From positions 1 through 63,641 of IMG/VR virus record IMGVR_UViG_3300015203_000009: a DNA stretch of 63,641 bases. One strand, 5' to 3'. Origin of the DNA: a virus. Lineage: Duplodnaviria > Caudoviricetes. The position numbers were made by a program, and so were the translations under genes. Every line of letters starts with the position of its first letter. Positions within the stretch are counted from its first letter, which is position 1. Below the pieces are notes generated by a model. It worked only from the letters and a program-made list of their open reading frames with translations, did not search any database and had not been told where the DNA came from. Below are positions 39,401-48,833 of the stretch, piece by piece.

Positions 39401-40669
39401 ACTCAGGGCCACGCCGGCCGCGCCCGTGTTTCCGGAAATCTTCCCTGTGATGGCCAGTCCCACCGAGCTCACGGTGGCCACCACGGCCTGCGCTGTCGAC
39501 CCAATCGGTGTGGCCGCAATTTCCACGTAGCTTCCCTGCGCAGTGTTGGTCCAATTTTCCGCCGCGATGAATTGCACCGACGAACGTGGATTCGTGGCGT
39601 AAGCGCTTGCGCCATATCCGTAAGCTCCGATGCGTCCGAGATTATTACCGACCAACGACTGGCTCTGCGCACCATTATTACCGTTCGCGCGGCGAAGACT
39701 GATAAACGGTGTCGAGCCAAAACCGTCGAGCAGAAGGCCGGTGTTGGTGGAGTCGGTGCCTCCTAGCTGCAGGACTGTACCGTTCGGGCCAGTCGGAAGT
39801 GCCACGGCGTTTGTTCGAATCGACGTGAATTTATACCAACTGAGCAGCGTCGAGGAGAGCAGCGCGACGTCGACGCTGTTGGCAAACAGCTTCAGGGTGC
39901 CGCTGCTACCCACGCCGGCTTGTCCGGCCACGCCCGAATTCCTAGACTCAAGGACCAAAGACGCCCCGCCCCCGAGGGTGTCAAAAATCCGTTCGTTGGC
40001 TCCGGCCTGCGTCACGTCTATCGAATAGGTGGGGGTAGTTGTCCCCACTCCCAGCGATGTTGTAGCAGAAAGTGTGGTGAAAGCACCTGTATTCGCCGCA
40101 ACACTACCGATGGGCGGAGGACTCGCCAGCCAAGCGGCTAAACCGGCCCCGCTGACGGCTCCACTGACCGCGAGAGTCGTGAAGGCTCCGGCGGCCGGGG
40201 TGGTGCCGCCAATGGGACCGTTGAAGGCATTCGCGTTGAACGTGCCTCCTGTCATGGTTTTGCCGGTGAAATTTATTGCCGCATTCAGGCTCGTGGTGGT
40301 AGCCCCGGGTCCGGAGCCCGTGACATCCCCCACCAGCGAGGTGATATAGGCCCCCGGCGGAGCCTTGGCATTCCATGCGGCCGCGCTGGCAATGTAGTCG
40401 TCCGTGATGGGGGAAGCGTGCCACGTGCCAATAGTAACGACACCGAGCGTCGTGATGGTGGTGGCTCCCTTGTAGCCTGCACCCGGGTCGGGTACAATCC
40501 CGCCCGAGAGCGTCGTCATCAAAAACTTCCTGCCATTCCACACCGGCACCTGCTGGAACAAGGCTCCGGGAGCAAGCACGTCCCCAATCGCCACCGGAGC
40601 GGAGGGAAAAAATTCTGGCTTCCCGAGAAGTCCGGACCAAAGTGCCGTGGCCGCGAAATCGGCGTTCAT
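36494..40669 (-). CDS. Tail fiber/tailspike with pectate-lyase-like beta-helix (putative depolymerase)
   Basis: Repeated IG.TTP.TG.FTTL; VNVKDYGAVGDGVTDDTAAI..A; LYFPPGTY; GDGIH, GDDCI. Confidence 0.88.
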   Translation of the reverse strand: MNADFAATALWSGLLGKPEFFPSAPVAIGDVLAPGALFQQVPVWNGRKFLMTTLSGGIVPDPGAGYKGATTITTLGVVTIGTWHASPITDDYIASAAAWNAKAPPGAYITSLVGDVTGSGPGATTTSLNAAINFTGKTMTGGTFNANAFNGPIGGTTPAAGAFTTLAVSGAVSGAGLAAWLASPPPIGSVAANTGAFTTLSATTSLGVGTTTPTYSIDVTQAGANERIFDTLGGGASLVLESRNSGVAGQAGVGSSGTLKLFANSVDVALLSSTLLSWYKFTSIRTNAVALPTGPNGTVLQLGGTDSTNTGLLLDGFGSTPFISLRRANGNNGAQSQSLVGNNLGRIGAYGYGASAYATNPRSSVQFIAAENWTNTAQGSYVEIAATPIGSTAQAVVATVSSVGLAITGKISGNTGAAGVALSVTDSVNDFQVAFAAGIAARLFNSSGTGIAIRTSANAADVALFTNSAITLSVPTTLVTATRPTFAVQTSGTLSQGRLHRAIPGDICFSNNLSYDGANWQRDDVAAAGTLINLSFGQNINFYFTGGGANPATLVSGGYINPAGFQGAVGAITPNTGAFTTLGSSGDISSGPGGAGAGTVAVNLNGGSSAGGGGYLSFLRNSVSKFTFGSESVILGNNSDDALLYANGAAQSFKIYAGGAGLVAQFTATGLQGAIGATTPSTGVFTTLNTSGPVVATNTGGYYFRLTRTSATARDWGMYVDNNGAFAIADITGGVTKFLLTTTGIQNTPIGATTPSTGAFTTLSASTPLPVASGGTGQATANAALNALLPSQGGNANKILKTDGTNTSWATSAVEYRVNVKDYGAVGDGVTDDTAAILAAFEACRTTGGIDRVIITNFGTAYATAPTMSFVGGFGSGQVATALLSSAGTEIGSVVIGTRGTGHKILGKRCGITGGSLVVTCADTSGLVVNVSARHYLLTGATIASINPNVSFTLSTLPTVPLASVNVTGGGSGYGAPPTVLFAGGGGSGAAATAVLTAGVVTSITLDSIGSGYTSAPTVSFSSGAATATANLAGNAFAQVAFGIPTAVFTSGTGSNAAGDVIVGDGVALYFPPGTYAMNGKEVTGFHNLVIEGYGATLFINDTGTGFVIDEFCRSLTVRGLRIEHSLTNYFGRPGASRGGGCAMRVAGDLITIQDCSAYNSPEFGIVFTRDRTTGTSMYGCKLVRWTSQQTAGDGIHVSNGCAGLDIIDPTVLSSGDDCIGIVADYGVGNEPKNISVSGYNLSQGGFRGIAVLGATNVRIGSGSIRYCEGYGIDVEANAGVNNTDISLIGFHITNIGSGGNGPSFTNRHGVIFLDVTGGKVGPGFIDNVTGYGYYFDRDTDVQCDNVMAMNCGLGDFALGGTLTRFSQLYRASGALKYRGDGGTVTTVAAS

Positions 40670-40962
40670 TGCTTCAGGTGAACCACGCCACTAAGCCAAT
40701 CCTTTGCGAAACCAAAAGCAATCGAAAGGCCCATCACAATTCCGCTCCAACGAATCATCTTCCGGTCGAGGTCGGCGTGCTTCGTTTCCTGTTCTGTCAT
40801 GCGCTTTACGAGCCCAGAAGTACCGTAATCGTTTCCCACCAGAGCCGTCAAAATAATGGTGCGTTCCGTGTCCGCTTTTTCCTGCGCTTTCTTCAAACAT
40901 TCCATGCCTTCACAAAGGAAGTCGATTTTTTGCTTCATAAACTGAATGTCATCACCACTCAT
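40666..40962 (-). CDS. Small membrane protein, holin-like
   Basis: L.GN....GL motif, coiled coil and C-terminal TM helix. Confidence 0.5.
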   Translation of the reverse strand: MSGDDIQFMKQKIDFLCEGMECLKKAQEKADTERTIILTALVGNDYGTSGLVKRMTEQETKHADLDRKMIRWSGIVMGLSIAFGFAKDWLSGVVHLKQ

Positions 40963-41972
40963 TTTACCTCCTCCGCCGCTCTCACTTCATGCACCGTCGC
41001 CTTGGTGGATGCATCCATCGTGCTGTTGAGCTTGGAAAAAACATGCGCGTCGAGCCAATCTTTGATGGGTTGTTCGGCGTCCGTGTAGGCCTTGTCGAGG
41101 ACGGGAACAACGGCCGTTGTCACGGCTTTCAGCTTGGTGGCCTTGTCCTGTGTGGCCACCAGCAGGTTGCCCTGCTTATAATGCTGCCACACCCACCAGC
41201 CCGTGATGACACCGAGAATTCCAATAGCCCCGCCGGTGGCCCAGCGAAACCACGCTTCCTGCACAATCTGGGCGAGTCCAAAAAGGAGGAGGGAGGCGGC
41301 CCCGAACGGCCACACAATCTTGGCTCCCGCGATTTGTCCAAATCCAATCCCCAAGAGAAAAATTGCAAGGCATCCGCCGGCCGCCCAGCGGAGCCACTTT
41401 GCCTGCCCGTTGGCCTCGGCATTTTTCAAGGACGTGATTTTTGCCGAAGTGGCGGCGACATCGGCCGCGATTTTATCCTCGTACGCCTTAATCGTGTCCT
41501 TCTCGTGCTGTCGGGCGAGCTTGGCATCCGTCTCGGCCGCAGCGGCGCGAGCGGCATCGGCCTTCGCATCCGTGTTGGCTTTCTCATACGCACTGCGGGC
41601 CTCGCTGGCCTTGCCGCTTTGCACGAGGGCTTCCCTGTTGGCAGAAGCTAATGCTTCCGTGGCGTCGACGGGCGTACCGCTCAGACGCTGGTCGGCCACA
41701 CCCAGTTCACCCTCCACTATCGTTGTTGCATTGCCGGCCGGCTGCGTCGCATTCTGCTTGCGTGCCGTCTGAAGATTGGCGCGCGTTTTGGCCACGAGAG
41801 CGGTGTGCTCGGAGTTGGCCTTTTCCAGCGCCGTGTCTGTTGCCGAAGCGGCCGGAGCCAGCGGCGTCGCTGCCACCACGGCCGCTTTGCTGTGAAAGGA
41901 GAGATATTTGCACGATGGCGTCAGAGCCACGCATGCAAAAAGAACGTACAGGAAAAGTTTACGCATCGTCAT
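40959..41972 (-). CDS. Lipoprotein-like coiled-coil membrane protein (spanin-like candidate)
   Basis: Signal peptide with Cys, long Ala-rich coiled coil, about 3 TM segments; class B motif at 41977-41987. Confidence 0.5.
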   Translation of the reverse strand: MTMRKLFLYVLFACVALTPSCKYLSFHSKAAVVAATPLAPAASATDTALEKANSEHTALVAKTRANLQTARKQNATQPAGNATTIVEGELGVADQRLSGTPVDATEALASANREALVQSGKASEARSAYEKANTDAKADAARAAAAETDAKLARQHEKDTIKAYEDKIAADVAATSAKITSLKNAEANGQAKWLRWAAGGCLAIFLLGIGFGQIAGAKIVWPFGAASLLLFGLAQIVQEAWFRWATGGAIGILGVITGWWVWQHYKQGNLLVATQDKATKLKAVTTAVVPVLDKAYTDAEQPIKDWLDAHVFSKLNSTMDASTKATVHEVRAAEEVK

Positions 41973-42025
41973 AGGAAAGTATCAGCCGCGACGGATGGAC
42001 TCGTTTCACTCGTCTGAGCGGGCAC

Positions 42026-42055
42026 AAAAAAGAGGCCCCATTGCTGGGGCCTCTT
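42026..42055 (-). terminator. Intrinsic terminator after the major capsid gene
   Basis: AGAGGCCCCA-GCAA-TGGGGCCTCT-TTTTT on the - strand. Confidence 0.9.
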
Positions 42056-42078
42056 GAAGAGAAACACTAGCCGCTGGA

Positions 42079-43308
42079 TTAGAGCAGCGAGCCGGTCGCG
42101 GCGCAGGCCGTGATGCCAGTGGCAAACGGGCAGCGACGGAACAAGATCGGGACGACGGAGTGCGGACGCACGGGGCGATAGGCACGCGTAATCTGATACT
42201 TGTGCCAGCCGAAGTCTCCGAACTGGTTACAATCGTTGTCGATCTGGTAATGCCACTGCAGTTCGCCCATGGCGAGCTGCGGCGAGAACTTGAAGCTACC
42301 TTCGCCCGTGAAGCGCTCGGGAACGAGGCGCTCGAACGAATGCTGACCGACGAGGAACGCCACCTCAAGCGGGGCACTGGTCCACGCCGGGTTGACGCGG
42401 GAGGCCGTGCCATTCGTGGTGACAACACCAACGAACGGCTCGACGAACACCGGCTGGCCGTTCACATCGAGCCCGGAGGCGCGAAGCGGACGCTGGTCGA
42501 CACCGAACATGATGCCACGGTAGGGACCTTCCCAACGGTAGCCGACGAGCCCCTGCTCGCCCGCGCGGAACGAACCGGCGGTGAGATAGCGGAGGTCGGT
42601 GATGACGTTGAGCTCATTGCGGAAGTTCTCAAGGATACCACTGCCCCCGATGAACTTGTAGTGGGCATCCACGGTGCCCTCGTTAAACATTTCAACGAGT
42701 AGAGTCTCGTGCAGGTAGCGCGCGAGGGCATGCACGACGGCAAACGGCAACTGCCCAATCGAACCGACGGGGATGTTGGCGAATTGCGTGTCGATGGCCT
42801 GCTCTTGGCCCGTGAGGCCCTGCTGGAACGAGTAGGTGCCACCGTTGGCGGCAACATACTTCACACCGGAGCGCGTCAGGAGCAGGCTGCGAACATCGCT
42901 GTTCATATACTGCGTGATGAGCTTCTTCAGCGAGTCTTCCGCCATCAGGTAGGAGCCCTTGTAGGCCGCGTACGCTGCATTGACGCAAATCTTCGGACCG
43001 CGCGCACGCTTGGTGCCGAGGGAGTAGGCATATTCCGTGGTGGCGGTGGCTTCGGCCGAATTGATCGGACCGCAGAGGTCCTTGGTGGCCGTGAAGGTGG
43101 GAGCAACGAGCGAGTCACCCGCGAGGGCCTGCTCTTGCACGACGGAACGAACGGTGTCGGAGACGCCGGACGGAAGGATGCCGCCGTCAAGGATGTTGAC
43201 GAAGGGCGAATTGTAGGCGGTCGCTTTCGCGATTTGGCCCATGATGCGATTGACGTCTTTCGACGCCAGATTGCTCGCGATATATGGAGTAACAACGCAG
43301 TCAGCCAT
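42079..43308 (-). CDS. Major capsid protein
   Basis: 409 aa; strong codon bias; own promoter motif and terminator; downstream of portal and scaffold. Confidence 0.75.
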   Translation of the reverse strand: MADCVVTPYIASNLASKDVNRIMGQIAKATAYNSPFVNILDGGILPSGVSDTVRSVVQEQALAGDSLVAPTFTATKDLCGPINSAEATATTEYAYSLGTKRARGPKICVNAAYAAYKGSYLMAEDSLKKLITQYMNSDVRSLLLTRSGVKYVAANGGTYSFQQGLTGQEQAIDTQFANIPVGSIGQLPFAVVHALARYLHETLLVEMFNEGTVDAHYKFIGGSGILENFRNELNVITDLRYLTAGSFRAGEQGLVGYRWEGPYRGIMFGVDQRPLRASGLDVNGQPVFVEPFVGVVTTNGTASRVNPAWTSAPLEVAFLVGQHSFERLVPERFTGEGSFKFSPQLAMGELQWHYQIDNDCNQFGDFGWHKYQITRAYRPVRPHSVVPILFRRCPFATGITACAATGSLL

Positions 43309-43469
43309 GGTTTTTTGTCCGCCCCTTCGAAATTTATTTGTAGCCGTGTGCGGGAAGCGGAACGCACGCGTCTACGGTGTCTGGGCAAGGTGCAAACGGC
43401 ACCTGATTCGCTTCCGCCAAGCCACGGGACGGTAGGGCTTATTTCCGAGGCGAGCAACCCCGAACAAAG

Positions 43470-44216
43470 TTAGGCTCTCAAAAAAGTATCGGACTTTTCA
43501 CTACGCAGGACACGGTCGGCGTATCTCTCGGATGCGCCATCCTTGATGCCGTGTATCATGGCCGGCAATACTCCGTCGTGTTCCCCGGGGGCCACAAACC
43601 AGTTTTCGGGCACTCCATCGCAATGATAAAAAGTTCGGATAAGGCCGCTCCTCACCCAGTGGGGGGAAAATTTTGGCCCCCAGTGAAAATCCCAGCCTAC
43701 GTCGGACGCGCAGCCCACCAAGCCCAGCTTTATGGCGATGAGCGGGTCGAAAATGGCGTTCCCGTTGATATGCCCGAAACCGGTGGGTTCCGGCAACCAG
43801 TGGCCGAGCACCATCTTGTTACTCGCAAGAGCAATATCCCACGCTTTGCGCAATCTGTTTATCCAGTCCGGGTCGACCGGAACACAATCAGCCTCGAATG
43901 TTAGGATGCCGTCGACGCCTTCCCACTCACCTGAACGCATGCGGCGAATGCTTTGCTGCATCAAGTCACACCACAACTCGTTACAGCCGTGCGGCCAGCC
44001 CACGCCGCGTCTAAAACCCGTGTACGTCTCCGTTTTGAATTTCTGGCCGACGTATGCCACCACCGCGAGGTCATGCGGACAGTCGTATCGAGCCACGAAA
44101 AGGAAAATCACGTCCTCTCTATATATTGGCTCGTTATCCGCAATACGTTTGGCATTTCTCATCGCGGCATCGCGGTCACCTGCCCAGAACTGAAGTGCCA
44201 ACACCAGTTTTTTCAT
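43470..44216 (-). CDS. Glycosyltransferase-like protein (GT-A fold)
   Basis: GWPHGCN.LW, LTFEADCVP (ExD), HINGNA.F, IHGIK. Confidence 0.6.
   Translation of the reverse strand: MKKLVLALQFWAGDRDAAMRNAKRIADNEPIYREDVIFLFVARYDCPHDLAVVAYVGQKFKTETYTGFRRGVGWPHGCNELWCDLMQQSIRRMRSGEWEGVDGILTFEADCVPVDPDWINRLRKAWDIALASNKMVLGHWLPEPTGFGHINGNAIFDPLIAIKLGLVGCASDVGWDFHWGPKFSPHWVRSGLIRTFYHCDGVPENWFVAPGEHDGVLPAMIHGIKDGASERYADRVLRSEKSDTFLRA
43484..43494 (-). promoter_or_regulatory. Class B motif GTCCGATACTT (capsid promoter)
   Basis: Exact consensus 175 nt upstream of the capsid ATG. Confidence 0.7.
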
Positions 44217-44959
44217 CAGTAGTGGTTTTTTGGCTTAATGTTGTGCTTGGCGCGATACAGCGCGACGAGATGGTCTTTAACACTCGCTTTTTTAATCGAA
44301 TGAATGAAAATAGCATCGCGCAAAGAAACACATTCGGACATAACAGCGACGCCAAGTTCAGTTACTGTTTCGCAGGAGGCACAATGATGAAACCGGCGAT
44401 GGGGAACGCCGGCAAGCTTGCAGGCGGGTATCCACCACCAGTCAATGAAGGGAGTGGTTGGACACGCAATCATTCCGGCAGATGCATCTACGATTTTTTT
44501 CAGTGCCTCGCGGTGCAACCAGTAAGGGGGCTGCATCGCAACCTTGTCGAAGCCAACATGATACGTATCGGGAGGAAACTGTTTATGCCACTCTGGTAGA
44601 CACCTAAAATCATCAACCTCATTTGACCACACACAGTTTTTATCGTGGTAAAGATAATCGGGTATTTTAGCCGAAAGAACAAAACTATCGCTGTCATTCA
44701 ACAGAAACCAAGAGTGAGGGTATTCCTCGACAAGGAGCTTTAACTGGGCGTGCTGCCTGTCCCATGATTTTTGACCGTAGTATTCCACTAATCCAGCCTC
44801 CCGAGTGTGGTGTGGACCGATGTTTTTCACTGGAGAGTCTGTGGGAGAAATTATAACAACCGGAGCCTCGTGATGCTCGTATACAGGCAATAAATCCAGT
44901 ACCTGCTGTCTGTCACCGGCGTAACAATGGCATACCACTAACGTGTCTGGATTAAGCAT
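44216..44959 (-). CDS. Glycosyltransferase-like protein (GT-A fold)
   Basis: WFLLNDSDSF (DxD), FID, FIHSIK. Confidence 0.6.
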   Translation of the reverse strand: MLNPDTLVVCHCYAGDRQQVLDLLPVYEHHEAPVVIISPTDSPVKNIGPHHTREAGLVEYYGQKSWDRQHAQLKLLVEEYPHSWFLLNDSDSFVLSAKIPDYLYHDKNCVWSNEVDDFRCLPEWHKQFPPDTYHVGFDKVAMQPPYWLHREALKKIVDASAGMIACPTTPFIDWWWIPACKLAGVPHRRFHHCASCETVTELGVAVMSECVSLRDAIFIHSIKKASVKDHLVALYRAKHNIKPKNHY

Positions 44960-45509
44960 GGTGAATACCTTTTAATTTTTCAGCTGCTTTTCTGTTTCTG
45001 GTAGCTTTCATTTTGTCTTTCGTAGCTTGTGAAACAACGTGGCCCATCAACGTAGCACTTCGCTTCGCTCGTGTTTCGGGTCTGGCATTACTTATTTTAG
45101 TTGCCTCCCGGTGATTATGTTTCCAACTTTCTGAGCGAACGATTGCCCTGTTTGCATCTCTTATTTTTATTTTAGCCTCTTCTGAATGCCTCATCCCAGT
45201 AGACCCTTCTCCTCCGTCGGTGTGATTGCAAAGATTGTATCCCCGCAGACGGTATTCTTTGATCCAATATTTCTCGGCTTCCATGGCGTTTTCAGAGGAA
45301 AAACACTTCTGAATCACCCGCATATCCGGACGAAGATTCTCTTTAAGCAAACTCAATATCCATTTTTGTGAGTGAGTTTTTGCTCTGTGTCGGCTGGAAT
45401 ACACGTGAGATTTCAAACGGTCCGCCGAAAAATCTGCTTTACCAACATACCTCACCTCATTGTTTCTCGGGTCAATAAGCTCATACACGCAGAATTCGGC
45501 TGTGTTCAT
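44952..45509 (-). CDS. GIY-YIG homing endonuclease with NUMOD3-like motif
   Basis: VYELIDPR..EVRYVGK...R...H; E..WI; N.TDGGEG..G..HSEE.K.KI. Confidence 0.9.
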   Translation of the reverse strand: MNTAEFCVYELIDPRNNEVRYVGKADFSADRLKSHVYSSRHRAKTHSQKWILSLLKENLRPDMRVIQKCFSSENAMEAEKYWIKEYRLRGYNLCNHTDGGEGSTGMRHSEEAKIKIRDANRAIVRSESWKHNHREATKISNARPETRAKRSATLMGHVVSQATKDKMKATRNRKAAEKLKGIHHA

Positions 45510-46420
45510 TTGCTGCGGCGGTCGTTGGGAGAATAAAAATAATCCTCGATGGTGTTGCGTAGGCCTTCCTGCAGTGTCGTTTTTGAAACGAATCCGAGTG
45601 CTTTAAGTTTCGAAACATCAAACGTCTTTTTTGGAATTCCCGTCGGCTGCGAAGCGTCCCACTCCACGCCGTATTCGAATTCCATGATGCTCACGAGCGC
45701 GTCCGCGAGCTCCTTGATGGAAGTGCCGACGCCCGTGCCGATGCTGATGAGGTCGGGGCTGTCGTATTTTTCCAACACAAGCTTGATAGCGTCAGCGGCG
45801 TCGTCGACATACATGAATTCTCTCACCGCAACTCCCGAACCCCACACGCGCAGGGGGATTTTATTCGCGTTGGCGTGGTCGAGGCGCGCGATGAGCGCGG
45901 GCACGACGTGCGCAGAAATTCCGTAATTATCGTTCGGCCCGTAAAGGTTGGCCGGAGCGCACGTCGTCCAATGATGTCCGTATTGCGAGCGATAGGCGCG
46001 GCAGAGAAAATATCCGGCAAGCTTCGCCGCCGCGTACGCCGCGACATCAGGCTCGAACGGCCCCGTCAGCAAACTTTCTTCCTTCACCGGCACCGAAGCC
46101 TCGCGCGGGAACAGGCACGACGTGGCCACATTCACCAACTTCTTCACTCCCACCGCATGCGCGGCCGCGAAGACGCTATTCTGAATCTCCAGATTTTGGG
46201 TGAGGAATTCCACGGGCTCATCGCGGTTGGCTTTCACTCCTCCAACTCGGGCGGCACAATTTATTACGAAATCCGGACGATGCTCCTCGAAAATATACTT
46301 GGTGTATTTCGCATCCCTAAGATCGCAGTTTGTCGTGACAATCTGATAGTCGTCCGAGCACTGGCGGATGACAGCGCGGCCGAGAAGTCCGCGATGGCCT
46401 GTAACAAGGAGCTTCATCAA
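45506..46420 (-). CDS. fcl: GDP-L-fucose synthase
   Basis: VTGHRGLLG, AARVGGVKAN, TSCLFP, YAAAK, NLYGPNDN, HVVPALI, WGSG..VREFMYVDD. Confidence 0.92.
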   Translation of the reverse strand: MMKLLVTGHRGLLGRAVIRQCSDDYQIVTTNCDLRDAKYTKYIFEEHRPDFVINCAARVGGVKANRDEPVEFLTQNLEIQNSVFAAAHAVGVKKLVNVATSCLFPREASVPVKEESLLTGPFEPDVAAYAAAKLAGYFLCRAYRSQYGHHWTTCAPANLYGPNDNYGISAHVVPALIARLDHANANKIPLRVWGSGVAVREFMYVDDAADAIKLVLEKYDSPDLISIGTGVGTSIKELADALVSIMEFEYGVEWDASQPTGIPKKTFDVSKLKALGFVSKTTLQEGLRNTIEDYFYSPNDRRSK

Positions 46421-47475
46421 AACTTGGTGTTATGAGGCCCCCATGTCACGCTGCCGAGATGGCCACAAACCACCGACATATCTACGTGAGGCTGGTGCCC
46501 CGCCTGCTTGGCTCGCTGACAAAAAAGTTGATCTTCTCCTTGCTGAAGCCGGTTCTGGGTGATGACATCTGCTGCAGCCTGCCGCATTTGCGCAGCCAAA
46601 TCAAAAAGAATCTTGCTGGCTTTTTCTGCTTCTCCTCCTCGTACTATAACGGAAATATTATCTACCTTTGCCTGCATCTCTGTGAAACTTTTCATCACTG
46701 CGTCAGCAGAATTACTAAAAAAATGAAACACCTCGCTAGAATGCTGGGGAGCGAGGTGAGGGCATTCCTTCATTATGTCCAGCGGCACTTGGCGAGAATG
46801 AAAGAGACCACCCGTTCCAACCCATGCCGTTTCCTTCACCTCATCAAAAGGGGCCGAATGCGCACGTGCGTTTTCTGCGTTCCCCTCCGGTGTTTCCTGC
46901 ATAGCTTCAGCATAGAGCGCACGACCATAAAGATTTCGACCAAAATAGAGCGCGCCGATAAGAGACTTATTCCGGCTTTTGAGTTGGTTAATTCCATGTA
47001 GGCCCGCGAATTTCTCCGGCAGATTCATGCCCGTGGCTTGATTCATCCACGCGGCCTGCCCACACGGAAAAATCATATCATCGTCAATCCACTGGCAGTA
47101 AGGAAGTCCGCTCGCCAGAAAATCATTCATTAACGTATTCCGGGCGTGAACAATAAACGCATCCCCGCTGCGATGTCTAAATCCGTATTTAGGTCTGTCC
47201 CATAATGCGAGGAGGCTGAAAAGTGTTCCGGGATTGGTGCTTTTGTAGAATGGGGCGGCGATAAAAACTTCCTTGCCGGCCCACGCAGCGTTCTTGGGAA
47301 GCTCTTCTGGTAGAACAAACACCTTCTCCACGCTAGCCAGAGATGGAGTCTTGCTGCCGTTCACCCATTGCCGTATTAGGCTCGTGGATACTCCGAAATA
47401 CTCGGCGGCCTTCGCGTCGCCGAGCTCCCGGCATTTTCCAATGACGAGTCCTTGGAGGTGACTGTCGCCGCTCAT
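46417..47475 (-). CDS. HTH plus GT2-like glycosyltransferase
   Basis: AAEYFGVSTSLIRQW.NG..P (HTH); ARN, WIDDDM, GEDQLFC..A...G....D....GH.G. Confidence 0.7.
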   Translation of the reverse strand: MSGDSHLQGLVIGKCRELGDAKAAEYFGVSTSLIRQWVNGSKTPSLASVEKVFVLPEELPKNAAWAGKEVFIAAPFYKSTNPGTLFSLLALWDRPKYGFRHRSGDAFIVHARNTLMNDFLASGLPYCQWIDDDMIFPCGQAAWMNQATGMNLPEKFAGLHGINQLKSRNKSLIGALYFGRNLYGRALYAEAMQETPEGNAENARAHSAPFDEVKETAWVGTGGLFHSRQVPLDIMKECPHLAPQHSSEVFHFFSNSADAVMKSFTEMQAKVDNISVIVRGGEAEKASKILFDLAAQMRQAAADVITQNRLQQGEDQLFCQRAKQAGHQPHVDMSVVCGHLGSVTWGPHNTKF

Positions 47476-48833
47476 AGCCGCCCGGAGGCTTCAGCCTGCG
47501 CCTGCGCGAAGAGAAGGTCAACGGCGTCGCCGCTGTCCAGCGTCGGGTTCACCTTGGTCGGTGCGCCCCCAGCCGGGGCCGGCTTCGCGGCCGTCTGGGC
47601 CGTGCGCGAGGTGCGTGAGGCTTTCTTAATCGCTTCCAACTCCTTCACCACTGCATCGTATTTCGGCTGCAGGAGGTCGAGCTCGCGCTTGTAGTGATGG
47701 GCGAGAGGGAGGGCGATGGCGGCGTTGGCGCGGCTCTCGACGCTGTCGTCAAGGACGGCCGTCCGCAAATACCCCTGCGTCTCTAGGGCGAAGGCATTTG
47801 CAGCTTCGAGGGCTTTCTTTTCCTCCGGGCCGGCGGAAGCGGGAACATCCTTCGTGTGCATCCACGGAAGATTGGTGATGATGGGCTTCAGGATGCCGCC
47901 GATGGCGGCAACGCGCTGTTCCAAATTCACCTGCGGCTCCTGCGCTTTCTGCTTGAGAATAGTGTCGGCGTTCGCGCGGGCGTCCGCGAGCTCCTTCTTG
48001 CGTTGGTCGAGCACGGCCTGATTGTCGATGAGCTTCGCTTCGATGAAACGCTTCGAGGCCGGGCTCTTTTCGAGCTTGGTGAGGAGGCCGTCAATCTCGG
48101 CATCCCGCTCGGCAGGGGGAAGCCCCTTCAGGTTGGCGAGGTCGGCCACCGGGAGCCCGTGCTCCGTCAGCTTGTTGTAAATGTCGTTGTAGTTGGCCTC
48201 AAGCTTGGCATCGAATTTGCCCTTGAAAGTGGGGTCGTTCTCGGTGTCGAATTGCGCGCGAAAAGCCCGCAGCTCCTTCACCTCGGCGTCAAGCTCCGGC
48301 GGCACGGTGGGCGTCGCAGACACCTTGGCTTCGAGCTCCTTCACGCGCGCGTCGAGCGCCTCGGCCCGCTGCGTGGCGGCATCAACCCGGGCTTTGTACG
48401 TTGTCTTCAGGGTTTCAAAAGTTTCGCGCGTCTTCGGGGACGCGTCCGAGCGCAGCTTGATTTCATCCGCGTCGTCCGGCGCGGCGACCGGCTTCACCTC
48501 GGGCTTGTCGTTGCCCAGCAGGTTGTCGAGGGGTCCTTTCTTCTTTTCCCCTGCTGGAGGAGCTTCGGCGGCCTTGCGCGCGACTTCATCGGCGGCGGCC
48601 TTTTCCTCGGCGGTTGGCTCAGGCGCGGCCGACGGGGCGGCCTCTTCCTTCGGGCCGGTGCCGTCGTCTGTCGTGTTTTTAAGCACGTCGGCGAGCGCGT
48701 CGTCGAGCTCATTCTCGCGCGCCGGGTCGACGAAAGGCTTGTCGGCCTGCGAGCCGGATTTGGCGAGGGTTTCGGCGGCCTTGTCGGCGTCGGAGAGGGC
48801 CGCGACTGCGGCCGGGTCAGGAATATCAGGCAT
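47472..48833 (-). CDS. Putative capsid scaffolding protein
   Basis: Acidic/Pro-rich N-terminus and coiled coils; follows the portal gene. Confidence 0.65.
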   Translation of the reverse strand: MPDIPDPAAVAALSDADKAAETLAKSGSQADKPFVDPARENELDDALADVLKNTTDDGTGPKEEAAPSAAPEPTAEEKAAADEVARKAAEAPPAGEKKKGPLDNLLGNDKPEVKPVAAPDDADEIKLRSDASPKTRETFETLKTTYKARVDAATQRAEALDARVKELEAKVSATPTVPPELDAEVKELRAFRAQFDTENDPTFKGKFDAKLEANYNDIYNKLTEHGLPVADLANLKGLPPAERDAEIDGLLTKLEKSPASKRFIEAKLIDNQAVLDQRKKELADARANADTILKQKAQEPQVNLEQRVAAIGGILKPIITNLPWMHTKDVPASAGPEEKKALEAANAFALETQGYLRTAVLDDSVESRANAAIALPLAHHYKRELDLLQPKYDAVVKELEAIKKASRTSRTAQTAAKPAPAGGAPTKVNPTLDSGDAVDLLFAQAQAEASGRL

